NCBI GenBank assembly: GCA_020536535.1
Contig: JAHLWZ010000116.1
Location: 1 to 64,000 of the forward strand
Length of the DNA: 64,000 nt
Source of the DNA: Pelomyxa schiedti
Taxonomy: Eukaryota; Protista; Evosea
Reading direction: 5' to 3'
This document shows positions 46,088-64,000 of the stretch, piece by piece. Position 1 is the first letter of the stretch. Each line of letters begins with the position of its first letter. Under the pieces are notes generated by a model. That model saw only the letters and a list, made by a program, of their open reading frames with translations. It was not told where the DNA came from and searched no databases. The position numbers and the translations under genes are program-made.

Positions 46088-49000
46088 ATGAGTCGACTGG
46101 ACAAATTGTTGCTTCTGTTGGACTGTAATTCTTCTTCCCTCTTTTGCCTTGTTGTGGCAGTTGCAGACCATAACTTCATTGTAATGTTCATCAGCTGGCA
46201 CCACCAGAGCTGTAAGGCAGGCTGCTGGTGCACAGATTGCATGGCTGCATAAGTGTGATCAGGCCAGACTCTCACACTACCTTAATCGCGTAATTCTGCA
46301 TCCCCCCCGCAAGCATAATTCATAATGATCAATGACAGCTTGCACCTCTTTTGCACAGTAAATCGTGGGACTCGAGAATTGCCGCTGCGTACACCCTTGG
46401 TATGATAGCTTCTAATGTGCCTGCATGGCCCCCGTCTTTGGTTACACAGCAGTCAACATCGACCTGTCCTGGGTCCCCTAATTCCACTGCATCTCCACCC
46501 AGCACCAAACCGATTCAGAGGTTGAGTCAATTTGATGTAAATAAAGTCATCCACAGCAGAAAACTTTTGCTTGCTTCTATTAATTCTGTAATTCCTCGTA
46601 TTCATACCTTTTTCTATTGACAGTTCACAGGCTGATCCGGGAAGAACAACACCTCCAGAGGATTGTACCGGTATTGGTACTTAATGTAATTCCCCTCATA
46701 TTTTGACCTTAGAAGGCCTTATCCCCTTTGGTGTATCTGCTCTCCCTAATGCACCCAAGAGAAGAAGAACGTATAGTGTCTCCTTATCTTCCCTTAGCAC
46801 TAATTCGTCCCAGGACTATACCTCCACCCAAAGTATCTGTTCAAAGCAGTTCGCCTGTGCCGCAGGTACTTGTGCCTGTGGCCTTTTTCTTTTTTTTTTT
46901 TTTTGTTAAAAAAAGAAAAAGAATGCACCAAGTGCACGGCAACTTGCTGCAGCAAAACGGAAGGCAAGAATGCAACAAAACCAACAGTTACCAGTGCCAT
47001 TAGCCCCAAGGTAAAACCGCCACTACTCCTTTCACTCAAGTACCTCAAAGCCATTGTTCACCTCCTTCACCACATCCAATTGTCAAAGAAGGTAATACCC
47101 AAGTCCACTTCTTCTGTTAATCTTCCCAGAAATGCGAATTGCTATTACTGATCAGCCCCAAAGCTCAAAAATTGTTGTTGAAGCTGTAGAGTCATCTCTG
47201 GTTAAACCGACACTCACTGTCATTTTCTAATGTAATGCAGGCTTTTGAATGGCCGTTCACAAAGTTTTGTGGAATGTTGTTCACAGATCTGTTCAAGTTA
47301 AGTTCAAATTATCTTTGTCTTTCTTTCTAAAGATAAAATCAGCCCCACATGGGAAGTGAGGCATGGTGCTTCAGTGGGGTTACGCGAGATTCTCAGGTAC
47401 CACGCCAATTCTGCCGGCAAATTGGGTATGAAGTTGGTTGCGTTTGGTATGAATTTATTTGTTCAGTTGATGGAGGAAATGAAGAACGAGCTCAGCAGAA
47501 TCAGGATTGGCTCGAGGATTGTTCTGCCAAGTTATTAACTGTATTCGCACTGGACAGATTTGTTGATTTTGTGTCTGATCAAGTACACTATCTGCGTTCC
47601 GTTCTGCTATATAATTTAAATGATATCTATCAGGCAGTTGCACCAGTAATTGAGACTTGTGCCCAAGTATTGGCCTTTGTCGTTAAGCACATGGGCCATG
47701 TTCCTACGTTATCTCTGGTTGGTTGCTTGCTGCAACTACAGGAAAACACTGATTGGCGGGTAAATTGACTTCCATGTTAGTTGTTTTTTTAACCTTTCCC
47801 AAGGTCAGAATGAATGGTCTACTGGGTCTAAAATATGTGGTTGCCGTTAGAAGTGATTTAGTTGTCGAAATCCTTCCCAAAGCAATAGATTCCCTCCTCT
47901 CAAGGTAGAACAATGCTTCTTTCACTTCGACCAAGTAGATATATCGCGCCCAGGTTCTCTGACGGGATTGATGATGTTAGGGCAGTTTCCGCTGACACTC
48001 TTCTTCCAATGGCTCAGCATTTACCCCTATGCCCACAATTCCCCAAAATATTAGCTGTACTCTGGGGAAGTCTGGTAGATTTGGATGATTTGTGCTCTTC
48101 CACAGCTTCTATCATGAACTTACTGGGTTTCTATCCAGTCGCTTTATCCTTTATTCTCACCTCTGGTACTAGCTGCTCTTTACTCTACCCCTTCTGTATC
48201 ACCCTCTCCAATTTCCAAGTACAATGTGTATATTGTTGACGATTAACCTTATTGCGTTTAGTAACCGTCATCTGTTGGCTGAGTACCTTCCTCGCCTTTT
48301 GTCTCTCTACAAGCACAATATTTCCTCCGTCAGGGTAGCAGCGTTACAAACCACAGCAAGGTTACGCTCGTTACTCATTCTGTTAGATTGACGTGGGTTT
48401 CAATATAGGTTATTGAAGTCGGCAATAGATGCAAAAGGGATAGATCCAATTCCTCCGGAAACATTAGTCTCTGTGCTAGGATATGTGTATCAGGCAATAG
48501 TCGGTTGTTCAGATTTTTTTACCCTTCCTATAACATTTCATCAAGAAAGCAAGGTACTTCTAATTACCCATCCAAAGCACTAAACACAACAAAGTTAATT
48601 GTGGAGCAAGCGCAAGCAGTGTGGGAAGTAGCATTGGGTCTTCCTTCACAACAAATCGTCGCTGCTACATCAACTCTATTTCTAGCTCTTTTCTCAATTG
48701 CCTCACAATGCATAACAATCAACCCACATCAACTGAAAAATACCCCCTCTGTGCCTGACCATTCCGTACAAGTCGTTACTGTACCTCTTGACCCTCTCAT
48801 CTCTGCTTCCCATGCACTTGGTGTTCTCACAGCTGTTTACACAAAAGAGGTTCTTTTGGCTCTGTCACTTGAAAGTTCTTATCACTTAAAGCATAGAGAA
48901 ACTCCCTGTTACACTGTATTGCATCAAGCAATTCAATCTGGGTCTGCATTCCAGACGTTGTGCGCATGCATTCTTTTAACAGAATGGGCTGAATGCAGCT

Positions 49001-52000
49001 CCAAGGTACTTCAGTTTTAGGGATCGGTACCAACTGCCAATAGAATGGAAATTTGCCATTGACACCACTTCCCGCTGAACTTATTGCTTCTATTGACAAT
49101 CTCACATTACAAGTTCCTTCGTTTTCAGAAATTGATGGGTAGAACCCCCTTAACTAATAGATCTTTCTTTCACACAAATTAGCATGGCTCAATCGCTCCT
49201 GCAATCTGATTGCGACAACATCATAAGGACCCTGCGACTTTCTGATTCGTCCTTGCCCAAGCTACCTTTGCAAGCCAGTGTGAAACTGGTATTTCCTATT
49301 TTAGTTTCCTTGCACTCATTGTTGCAGCTTGAACTCGCCACAGAACGATTGTCTTCCGGCACTCTCAACGCTTCTGTTGCCGAGCAGTTGAGCATACGCG
49401 TGAGACACATGCAGGACTCGGCATCATATTTGACTTCACTTCACCACAACCTGGCACTAAAAACAGCCTCATGTGCAGCAAGTTCACTTATTCGTTGGGC
49501 AATTCCATCCAAAATTACACCAGTCGTAGCATCTTTGATGAACTCTCTTCTGGTCTGTTTTGTTGCTCTGATAAGAAAATTGTGACAAACTCAGAAAGAA
49601 GAAGACATGGTCATTCAAAAGAGGTCTGCCGAGTCTATGGCATTGTTGATTAAAAAGTCTCTTAGTCGCACTCCTTGCCCAAACTCTAAGGTAGTGATAA
49701 CTGTGCCACTCGTGGATTTTATTTAACCGTGGTAGATAATTCGGAATCTGAGTAAGCATTTGACTCCAAGTGATGAGGTTTTCCTCCCTCCCTTTGCTTG
49801 GCCTCACCAGGTTTAACAGTTGGCACTACGAGGAGCAGAATACGCTTTTCAGGCCGTTGCCCATACTTTTGGAAGTTCTTTGTTTGTGGATGTGCCGTGC
49901 CTGTGGCAGAATTTAGTTGTAATTGAGAAAACTGAAGTGGATACCAGTGACAAAACCAGTGCCACGACACCCAAAGCGGACGATGCTCTTACGCAAGCGC
50001 TTATTGAATTGAAAATTATTGTACCTGCAATTCACAAAGATCTGTACCCAAATGTGTGTTATTATCGTAATACAACAACCTGCAGCTATGAATTTGGTAG
50101 TTCTCAAAGTGCGAAACAGGTTTTGGGCTTACTGAAAGCTTCCATGAAATTTGTTGCTTCATCTTCATCATCTCTCAGTTCTGCAGCTACAGAAACTATC
50201 GCTACTATATGCAGTGTGATGACTGCTCCTGCTATGAGGGTAGGTGATTCTTTTTACATAAAACGCAGTTACCCTTGTTAGATTGTGATTGATGACTTGC
50301 TACCATATCTGGGGGAAATGACATCCATATCTTCTAAGAGGGGGGCAGCAGCAACTATTCAAGGCATTCTTTTCGATTTCCCTTTATTCCTCTAATCTGG
50401 TGAAAGCAATTACCAGTCGCTTGGATATTCATGTTGTACCGTACATCGCGTTCTTGCTTTCTCCCATCCTCTCTTGCATCAGTTCTCAGGACAATGTACT
50501 CCGACAGACAGTGGCCAGTAGCTTTGCCACTATTGTGAAATTAATGCCCCTAGAGGTTTTTCAGCCCACCAACACCCAAGGTACTTACCCCTGTTTAGTC
50601 AACAGCTGAAGCACCAACAAATCTTTCTGAGAGTTTGCTTGCTCAACGTGAACAGGTTACTCCCAAGTGACTATTACCTCTGAGTAATCGATTCCACAGG
50701 AACGACGCTTCTTTGAGCAACTACTTGATGGAAAGAAGCTAGACCGATATGTCCTTCCCATAAAGGTTTTCACAAAACATGGGAGTTAGACTCATTTACT
50801 CAGATTCTCGCTGACCTGAGGCATTATCAACAAGAAGGCGTAAACTGGCTTGCCTTTTTGAATAAGTATCACCTTCATGGGATTTTGTGCGATGGTTGGC
50901 TTGCAGTACCCCTTTCTTTGCTAACACGGAGTTTAGATATGGGGTTGGGGAAAACGTTACAGGCTCTGTGTATTATCGCTGGCAACACCCATACTGTAGC
51001 GCACAGGAATGATGAACATGGCTTACCATCCCTTGTTGTGTGCCCGCCGACTTTGGTTGCCCACTGGGTGCACGAAGTGGAAAAATTTTTGTCTCAAGAG
51101 TACCTTCTCCCAATGGCCTACATTGGGACGCCTGCAGAACGGGAAAGGTAGGGAGAAACTATCTTCGATTTTGTTCACTGACTAGGGCCAGGTTGCGTCA
51201 TACAGTTGGGGGAAGGCATGTAATGATTATGTCATACGAGATTCTGCGAAATGATATCCCTACACTTTCCAAGCTTCATTTTAATTACTGTATCTTGGAT
51301 GAAGGGCACATCATTAAAAATTCCAAAACAAAAATTACTCAAGCTGTCAAGCTGATAAATGCCAACAACCGATTGATTCTCTCTGGTACACCCGTCCAGG
51401 TTTTTATTGGAGCTTTTCCCTTTCCGTTGTTAACTATGAAGTTACAAGAATAATGTACTCGAGCTCTGGTCTCTGTTTGACTTCTTGATGCCTGGGTTCC
51501 TTGGAACTGAAAAACAGTTTTCTGAGCGGTACAGTAAACCAATACTTGCTGCACGGGACTCCGATTCGGCAACCCCGCAGCAGCAACAGTCAGCAATGGG
51601 AGCTATGGACGCCTTGCACCGGCAAGTGTTGCCATTCCTCCTTCGTAGGATGAAGCAAGACGTTCTTAATGATTTGCCGCCGAAGATCGTGCAGGACTTT
51701 TACTGTGAATTATCTCCACTTCAGGTATTTTTGTGGAAGACCAATTTCCTTCTTCACATCTGCCAGATTAAACTATATGACGAATTTGCAAAACAAAACA
51801 ACATTGGTGAAATTCTTTCGGCCTCTTCTACTGGTGAAGCTGACACAAAGCAGGAGCCAGCTGTGCATATTTTCAAGGTATTTTCTCCACGTTTTCTTCA
51901 TACTCAGAGACATCAGGCTCTGCAAATGCTGCGTAAAATATGCGATCATCCCCTTCTTCTCAAAGACTCAAATCCTGGGCTTCTAGAGGGTGAGGATTTA

Positions 52001-52948
52001 CATGACATCACCCATTCGCCGAAGTTGTCAGCTCTGAAGTGTGTTTTAGAATTATCTCTGCTCTTGAACTGATAAATTAAAAGAGATTTGCTTCAACAGT
52101 GCGGAATTGGCTTATCTGACGAGGAGAAATCCGACAATCCGTCCTCAGTTGCTGCACAGCACCGAGTCCTAATTTTTGCTCAACTGAAATCCTTCTTGGA
52201 TATTGTAGAAGAGGACTTGTTCAAGTATCACCACCTCACGTTATGAATTTTTATATCACACAACTTAGGGCTCACATGCCTTCTGTAACCTATTTGCGGC
52301 TGGACGGCAGCACACCCCACACAAAAAGGCACGATGTCGTTGTCAAGTTCAATGAGTGAGGCAGTTTCTTATGTTGGTTCTTGTACCCACTCTTCACAGG
52401 GACCCCACGATCGACGTACTCCTCCTGACCACACAAATTGGTGGCCTTGGCTTGAATCTCACCGGCGCTGATACCATTATATTTCTTGAACATGATTGGA
52501 ATCCTTCCAAAGACCTCCAAGCCATGGACAGAGCACACAGAATCGGTCAAACCAAAGTTGTAAATGTGTACAGACTTATCACCAAAGGAACGCTCGAGGA
52601 AAAGATTATGGGGTATGCCCTTTCCGCGCACTTCCTCCCACTAACAAAGTAATATACCCGCGGATAAAATACAGCCTTCAGAACTTCAAACTGAAGCTTG
52701 CCAACACTGTGATTACGCGGGACAATCAGAGCCTATCCACAATGGACACAGCCCGGCTCCTTGACCTATTCAACACACCATCCACAAACAGCACCACATC
52801 CAAATCGGCAGGGGCATCAGAAGGGGACACCGGCCTTGGCGGCCGGGTCTCTACAGTACTAACACACCTTCAAGAACTATGGGACCAGTCACAATATGAT
52901 GAATTCCAGGTAGACAACTTCATGCAACAACTCTCTGGCAAACCTTAA
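46088..52948 (+). CDS. MOT1: TATA-binding-protein-associated SNF2 ATPase (Mot1/BTAF1)
   Basis: [89 protein letters not shown]. Confidence 0.95.
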
Positions 52949-53027
52949 AAACCTGCCGGTACATACTACTAGTTGTAAGAAAAAAAAGAACACTTTGGCA
53001 GAATTCCATGTGATTCTGTTTTAAATT

Positions 53028-54638
53028 TTAGTAGAGCACTTTTCCTTTTCCTGTTGATACAGTGGTATGGAAGGATTTTTGTTTGAGGAAGTACTTCTGC
53101 AAGTCCGGCCATATTTTGGGGTCTATGAACTGTTGTCCTCTGGCGAGAACTCTCTCTACTACCGGCTGTATTTGGTCCCATGGTGTAGCCGGTGTAGTAA
53201 GGGTACATGCTGGTCCACCATCACTGTGAAGAATCAGGAATTCCATGTCATCTAGAATTCCACTATCACTGATGTATTTGGATAGGCTCCGGTGAAGGCT
53301 TGCTATGGGGTCATATCTAAATATTATTAGTACTATTGGTAGTTAGCCTGTTGGTGGTTCCCGCTTTTTTCTTTTTTTTTTTGTGTTCTGTACACACGCA
53401 TGGGGTGAGTTAAGAAAATCAAAGATGGTACTCAGTTGTATCAAACTGGCTCCTGCGTCAGGCATGGGATTTGACAGTATTCCTTGCAGATATTCCACTA
53501 TTCCAGGTTCCCTCCCTTATGATAGTATTAACAGTGAGGTAGTAGGGAGTGCGGAGGGAACCCGTGTACGGTGTGATGAAGATTGTATCCCGTTCAAAAT
53601 CATTGACTGGGGTGTTGTCCCATATAACGAGTTTTCTTTCTCCGAAGTATTGCCGCCACCATCTGGCATGAGCTACTGTGATTTTCTGAGACACAACTTC
53701 ACTACCTAAAGGAAATAAGGAAACTGAGACATAGGGAAGGGTACCTGTCCAAAAGAAAGAAAACTCAGAATTTGTAATTGTGTTAAGTGCATCCAAGTAT
53801 TTGCGTACAACTGAAAAAGCTGCTTGCGGAAGTTCCGGGTTGGTCATCATCAATGGACCCTGGTAGTGGCGTGGGCAGATATACCATTGAAGGGAAGTAG
53901 AAGATGATGTGGTAAGAGCGGCAGTAACTACTGTGTGTATTGCATTTGCCGTTGCTGCATGAGCTTCCCCAAGGGACCCAAACTTGACTTCGTCATCAGG
54001 AACCAATACGAGAGGGCCGTCATCGAAACATAGAGCAAAGGCCCGGCATCCAGTCTGAACAGCAAAATTGATCAATTTTTGTGTTAGAGTCTCCAGGTCT
54101 TTGTCATAGGCCTCATACCAGTCAAAAGATGCTCCAGGTGATATCTGATCACAAAATCACCGGAAATGGAATCCAAGCACGGAACAAACCCCAAATATAA
54201 ATGTGATCCCCTTAGCTTGACAATAATGTACAAATTCAGTCCACTGGGTCATCTCTTCCACTGTGTAGTCCTCTCGCCAATTATTTTTATTCTTTGGGTC
54301 ACACTTAGCAGCATACACAAACCTGTCGTATCACTTCATTAACTTAGTTGTCCTTATCCCTTCATATCTCCCTGCTGGCCGGCAAATATATAACACACTA
54401 TACTAATAATAACTAGGTGCGTAACACACGTGTTTTGGTTCTTCGCAGCCATTAAGTCAACAACATATTTCCTCCGGTCAAATGACCACAGCCCACCCCC
54501 TTGAGGGTCATCATTATATTGATGTCCAAAGAACCCCTCAACGACCCCCCTCACACCAAAAGTCCTATCACCATCACTCCCAATAACAACACTCTCAATG
54601 CCACTACTACTAGTAGAAGAAGTGGTACTACAAGTCAT
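53028..54638 (-). CDS. Glycoside hydrolase family 84 (O-GlcNAcase/NAGidase-like)
   Basis: RGVVEGFFG, FVYAAKCD, WREDY, ISPG, FALCFDD (catalytic Asp-Asp), CPRHY, FWTG, IWDNTPVND. Confidence 0.88.
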
Positions 54639-54988
54639 TGAAGATGGTGTGTTTGTCAGTGGGACTAATGCAACAATGAATAATAACACAATTCCACAAA
54701 GTGACAGCTTGGAATGAATGATAAACGAAATGAGGTGCTGTTTGCTGTTGATAAAAAACAAAGGATAAATCAAAGCAACAAAGAGGAAGTGACTCCACTC
54801 CCATAATCGACGACTATTGGGCCTCTGCGGGCGCCTCAAAGGTCTGGGACTGGAGAGTGTAACATCAACATTCCTGATCCTCTGCAAGAACTTGCACCTG
54901 CAGTGAATTTTTTTTCATGAAGGAGTTCTTTTGAGAGTTCATTTTTGTTCGTTCGAACGCAAAAAACAAAGTCTGTTGCCAGTGGTGA

Positions 54989-56828
<1,840 letters not shown>

Positions 56829-57287
56829 TCATGCCAATGTGAGTGAGTTGTATTAATTTAAAACAATGAAGTTTCCCCAGTTGTTACCACGAGAACAAGC
56901 CAAGGTGGACTTGGTGTTAACATTGAGGGTTTTTTTTTTAAAACAACCCAGAACAATCCAGATCTGATTTCGGTTAAAAAGGAAAAGGAGGGAAAAAAAA
57001 ACAAAGCGAAGAGATGTCGGGTGGCGGCGACAGAAGTGACGCGCAGGGGAATGGTGTCACAATTATGAAGGAAAAATTCCCGAATCTGGCCGAGCCTATT
57101 TTGCAGTAAGTGGATAATCAATAATAATAAAAAAAAACTGGGGCATCGGTTGCACAAGATCTTGCGCGATACGTGTTTGTGCTTGCTTGTTATCTCAGTA
57201 TGTTGTCTTACATTGTTGCGTTGAAGGAGTTTCCTCTCGAGGTTCAACAACAACGCCAAGGACGCAATTTCGGCCATTCTTCGTGTT

Positions 57288-59622
<2,335 letters not shown>

Positions 59623-59906
59623 ACATGGACAAACAATAAACCAAAAGTAACTGCTAACAAGTCAACCTTCTCATTTTCAAGGGAAACCACAACGGCCCTT
59701 TGTTTGGTTCAACCCATTCTTGGTTCAAGAATGAAAAGGAGAAAGAACAGGACTTTTTCTGGGAGATTTGATTCAGCTCATTCCGGAGTTGTTAAGACCT
59801 CATTTGCGTAGGGAAGGTCGCCGGGCCCCAAAGGGAACCACACACGTCGCGTTGATCTTTCCCACTCCAAAGAGGCCTTTTTTTGATTCGCTGCAGAACC
59901 ATTCTG

Positions 59907-61146
59907 ATGGCACAAGTGCCCGAAACCGGTGCTTCTGCCGCGTTTTCTTCGGGGGGATATCATCACCATAACAGCGGCGGCGTGGTGGGCGTGGGGGGGT
60001 GGGTTGGTGTCGACGGCAATTGTGGGACGACTCCTCCGTCGTCGACGACGACAACATCATCATACGACGTGGCGGTTGGGCGGGTCGAGGCTGTTGTGGA
60101 GACATTGAGGCAGGTGACTGACATATTGGCCGACCCTAACTACGACCCTGCTATGTCCCAGTCAACCCTCTATGATAAAATGTATGTATGTTGAAATGAT
60201 GCATGCAATTGCTCTGTGACCGCGTGTGTTGCGTTGCGTTGTGTGTGCGCGCGTGTGAGTGTGAGGTGTTTTTGGTGAAGGAGTGTGTGTGCTTGTTGTT
60301 TCTTTGATTACCTTACCAGTGGATAGACAGGACTATGTGAAGAAATTGCAGAATGTTTACAATGCCTCTGTGGAATTGAATCCTGATCCACTCATACCAT
60401 TGTCCTTCATCGAGAAGTAAGTACCTTACCCTGTTTACTTGTTTGCGTGCGGCTCTGTGCCGTTTGTGGGAATGCTCACAAACTAACAAAACAGGATAAA
60501 AAAAGGTCCAGACGGCGTACCCCGTGTTGCCAGGATGATTGATGTCGTTGGCTACCTGGATCATGGCATCAACCCTGACAATTTCACAGTGAAAGTGTTT
60601 GACAAAATCACAAAAGAGAACTGCACAACCAAAGGCAAAGTCACCGCCGTGCAGGTAACAATACTAATTCAATAATAATACCCCAACCTGACTGTTTATC
60701 TTCTTTGTTTGTTTCTATACTAGCACTTTGAGGAATACCTCCTGCAGTCCGTGAAGCCATCTCTTCCCACCGATGTTTCATCCCAGTATCCATTCAACAT
60801 ACCACCCGTCCTACCTCCAACACCAATACCGAGGCCAATTACCCCTCAGTTACAACAGCAACAACCACAAGCCCCATCAACGGCCCCCCTTCATCAACAA
60901 ACACCACAACCACAACAACAGCTGCAACAGGAACAACAACTGACCACCACTCAACCTCAAACAACCCCAATACCCACCACAACCAAGAAGAAATCACACA
61001 AGAAAAGACCCCCTGTTGTGGTTGTTCCATTACCACAGCAGCAGCAACAATCACCAACACCAACATCAACCCAGCAACAACCAGTTGTTAGAGTTCAGGT
61101 ACATGCAATGAGGCACCAGCACCCACCACCATCAAACACTTTGTGA
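59907..61146 (+). CDS. MED10: Mediator subunit 10-like protein with Gln/Pro/Thr-rich tail
   Basis: VVGYLDHGINPDNFT...KENCTTKGKVTAVQHFEEYL matches the Med10 core (YID.G.NP..T...N...KGK). Confidence 0.75.
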
Positions 61147-61272
61147 TTTTACTCTCTGCTGGGTGCTGCTCAATCACCTACTACTTTAGAACCATGAAAA
61201 CAAAAACAGTTTTTTTTTTTTTTTGCTTGCTTTACTTGAGCTTGTGAAACCACTTGACGTGGTAGATACCTT

Positions 61273-62616
61273 TCAGGGAAATTGCCCATGCAACCAGTCA
61301 ATAGAGTGCCTCAAATAATCCAAGTCCGTTGTGGCTGGTGCGGAAGATGAAGTGGCTGTAGTGGTGGTTGTGGTGGTGGCCGTGGTTGTCGATGTGGATG
61401 CGGTGGACGAGAGCATCATAAGGCAGGTGTGGAGTGATTGGTACCTTAGTGTAGTGTTGAATTGTAGTGTGTACCACAGCTTCATAAGGCAGACCGCACA
61501 CAGGTGCAATGGTGCACCATCCATTTCATCTTGGTGATTGCTTCCTGAGGGAGATTATTATGGTGAGAGAACACGGAATGAAGAACCATTCATCAGGCAG
61601 TGGTAGTATATACAATGTTTCATCCCAAACAAATGGCCCAACTCATGTGATAAAATCTTGAAAATATTTGAGGATAATATTATTTCCGGGTTTTAAGTTA
61701 CCTTAGCACAGCGAACATTGTAAAGTTGTTTCTCATGTATTGTATACTCGCTGGAGTGTGTTGGAGTATCGAAATGAGGGTCCATCCGAGCGAAACTGTA
61801 CAGCCCAACCCCATCCTTAGCGCGAGCAATTCCATACACAAAGTTCCAATCATCTCCTTTGTGAAGTTAAGGTTGTGTGCAAAAAAAGGGGCACGAAGCG
61901 AACTTGGATACAAATCAGTCATTGTAATGCCAATGATAACGAGTTCTTTTCTGGGGTCTCTGACTTTCTTTGCTGATGGGGAAACTAGCCAGTTTAAAAT
62001 TGGTGTTGTCAAGAACTGTAGTTGCTCGGTTATAAATATTCTTGATGTAAAGTGCAACTCCTCCGTGACAGGCACAACCGAAAGTATACAGACAGTAGTT
62101 CCAAGGAAAAACGCTTCCACATAACTTGCCAAGAAAGTTAAACTAGGTTATGGAGTTAACAGAGGATGCAAGTGAGAACTGGAAATATACTCCGGCGAGA
62201 TTTCAGGAGGAAATTCACCAATAGGTTGTATGTAAATAACTTTATGTGTTTCATGAGGAACCGCTTTCAACTTGTTGTCCACAAACTGCTTCAGAGTCTA
62301 TTTTCCACCCACCCAATGAGCAACAATTTCGAGGGGGAAAAAAGGCAAAAGCGGGAGCGGAAAAAAAAAAAGAAAAACAAACAAAACAAAACCCCAAGTT
62401 GGGGGAATAGAGGGTCACCTGACCTTGTTCAGGGTGACACGACAGCCAATCGATTGGTCCCGGTGAGGGTATCGGCACACGTGCTCCTGCAGCTGCCACG
62501 GCGCGGGAGATGAGATCTCCCTCAACAAGGGCAGGGAACCCCACGATGCCGGATCTGTCCATCGCCCTCTGCACAATATCCTCCTCCTCCGCACACCCGC
62601 TCGTGCTGCTACTCAT
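61273..62616 (-). CDS. Archaemetzincin (peptidase M54, AMZ-like)
   Basis: PGPIDWL..HPEQGQ, IYIQPIG, ITMTDLYP, DWNFVYG, YSFAR, HELGHLFGMKHC...CLMNG, PLHLCAVCLMKL. Confidence 0.92.
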
Positions 62617-62963
62617 CCCTCTCTACTTTAAAAGTTTTGTTTGGAAGAAAAAATAATCAACAGAACTTCCCAGCTTCGCAGAAGAAGAGTTACTCAAGAG
62701 GAGTCCTTGTTCAGGGTGCTAGGCAGTTGTAGCTGCTACTACCACTGTGGCTGGGACCCCGGATTCGGGGGTTCGACCTACCAGCGAAACTTTCAAAGAT
62801 CTTTTGATGAAGGAACTTCGCCGGGAAGTAAAGGGGGGAAAAAAACGGAACGGGGAACTTCTGCTTGTCTATTTAATGGATATCATCGCAACCCACAACA
62901 ACACAAGAAAAAACCAATACAATACACAGCAAAAACACACAAGAAGAAACCCAAACAAATTAG

Positions 62964-63934
62964 TTGAGAGATGGCGGTACTGGAAAAACAAGTATGCGTG
63001 AAATTCTGCTTTATCTTCATTGCCAACTGCGGACTGTTAATAACTCTTTTATTTAATGACTTCTTTTTTTTTTTTTTCCCTTCTCATTGCTTATACAGCC
63101 TTTGTGAAGCGCCATCTGAGTGGAGAGTTTGAGAAAAAATATATTCGTGAGTGTTATAATTTTAAATGGTTGTTTCCTAATTCACACTCCAGCAACTCTC
63201 GGAGTCGAAGTTCACCCACTGGTTTTTGCAACAAGCTGTGGACCAATTCGGTTCAATGTTTGGGACACTGCAGGCCAAGAAAAGGTTTTTTTTTGTCACC
63301 CTCTGAAACATCTTCTCACATTTAATTTAGTTTGGTGGACTTCGGGATGGCTACTATATTCAAGGGAGCTGTGCAATTGTGATGTTTGATGTGACTAGCC
63401 ACAGCACATATAAAAATGTTCCCAACTGGCACAAGGACTTGGTCAGAGTTTGTATGCATTCAATTTGTACCCGGTAACTTAAATAACATGGAATAATAGG
63501 TGGCAGCATACCAATTGTCCTCTGTGGGAATAAAGTGGATGTCAAAGACCGGAAAGTTCGACCCAAACAGATCAACTTCCACCGCAAGAAGAATATGCAG
63601 TACTATGACATCAGCGCCAAATCCAACTATCACTTTGAAAAACCATTCCTATGGCTGGCCCGCAAACTCATTGGGTACATTTTCCTTATCCTTTCCTTTC
63701 AAAACGCCACTATCATAACAATACATACCGCACACGAACTAAGAATATAATCCCACACTACACAATACACTAACATTCACTAATAGGAACCCCGAACTGA
63801 GGTTTGTTGCTGAAATAGCACTCCGGCCAGTCGATGTGCACCTGGACATGGACACCATCAGGGAATACAAGAGGCAGCTCAACCTCATCAACGCTATACC
63901 CATACCTGAGCCTACTGATGATGACGACCTATGA
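62964..63934 (+). CDS. RAN: Ran GTPase with unresolved or abnormal 5' end
   Basis: [60 protein letters not shown], acidic tail DDDDL*. No canonical FKLVLVG exon found. Confidence 0.88.
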
Positions 63935-64000
63935 GTTAGTCACATCAATCAATCCACATTAAGTAGGTTGCCCCGGCATTATTACATTCACTGGGCCAAA

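Noticed and set aside
62423-62718. 14-nt repeat ccttgttcagggtg at 62423 and 62705
   Set aside because: Flanks do not align; cannot distinguish from chance or a tiny duplication.

Overview
Gene-dense eukaryotic nuclear DNA with many short (about 40-90 nt) spliceosomal introns, so the ORF track shows only exon fragments. I rebuilt gene models by hand from GT/GC-AG boundaries and conserved motifs; exon coordinates are unverified. Entamoeba-type transmembrane kinases, a prokaryote-like nitroreductase and lineage-specific intron-poor families suggest an anaerobic archamoeba such as Pelomyxa (inference). Layout: (1) 1-1151 is a near-identical partial copy of the ATE1 gene at 57.3-59.6 kb, followed by a 100-N gap. 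(2) 1.3-13.3 kb is a tandem array of three receptor kinases with a Cys-containing, copy-number-variable ectodomain repeat I do not recognise. (3) 13.4-28 kb is a fast-evolving accessory island: an F-box/Rab-like fusion, two ankyrin-like genes (one broken by an internal micro-inversion), two intronless propeller-like genes, a secreted MRH lectin, and four DUSP-UBL-only genes (the USP4/11/15 N-terminus without a catalytic domain) plus a relic exon. (4) 28-64 kb is mostly housekeeping: a multipass-membrane bacterial-type alpha/beta hydrolase, two STE24 paralogues, RalGAP-beta, a second MRH lectin, a U4 snRNA gene, a BSD protein, nitroreductase, MOT1/BTAF1, a GH84 O-GlcNAcase-like gene, mitochondrial-type aspartate aminotransferase, ATE1, MED10, archaemetzincin and a Ran with an abnormal 5' end. 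The best candidate for an undescribed system is the catalysis-free DUSP-UBL array and its ubiquitin-adaptor-like neighbours.
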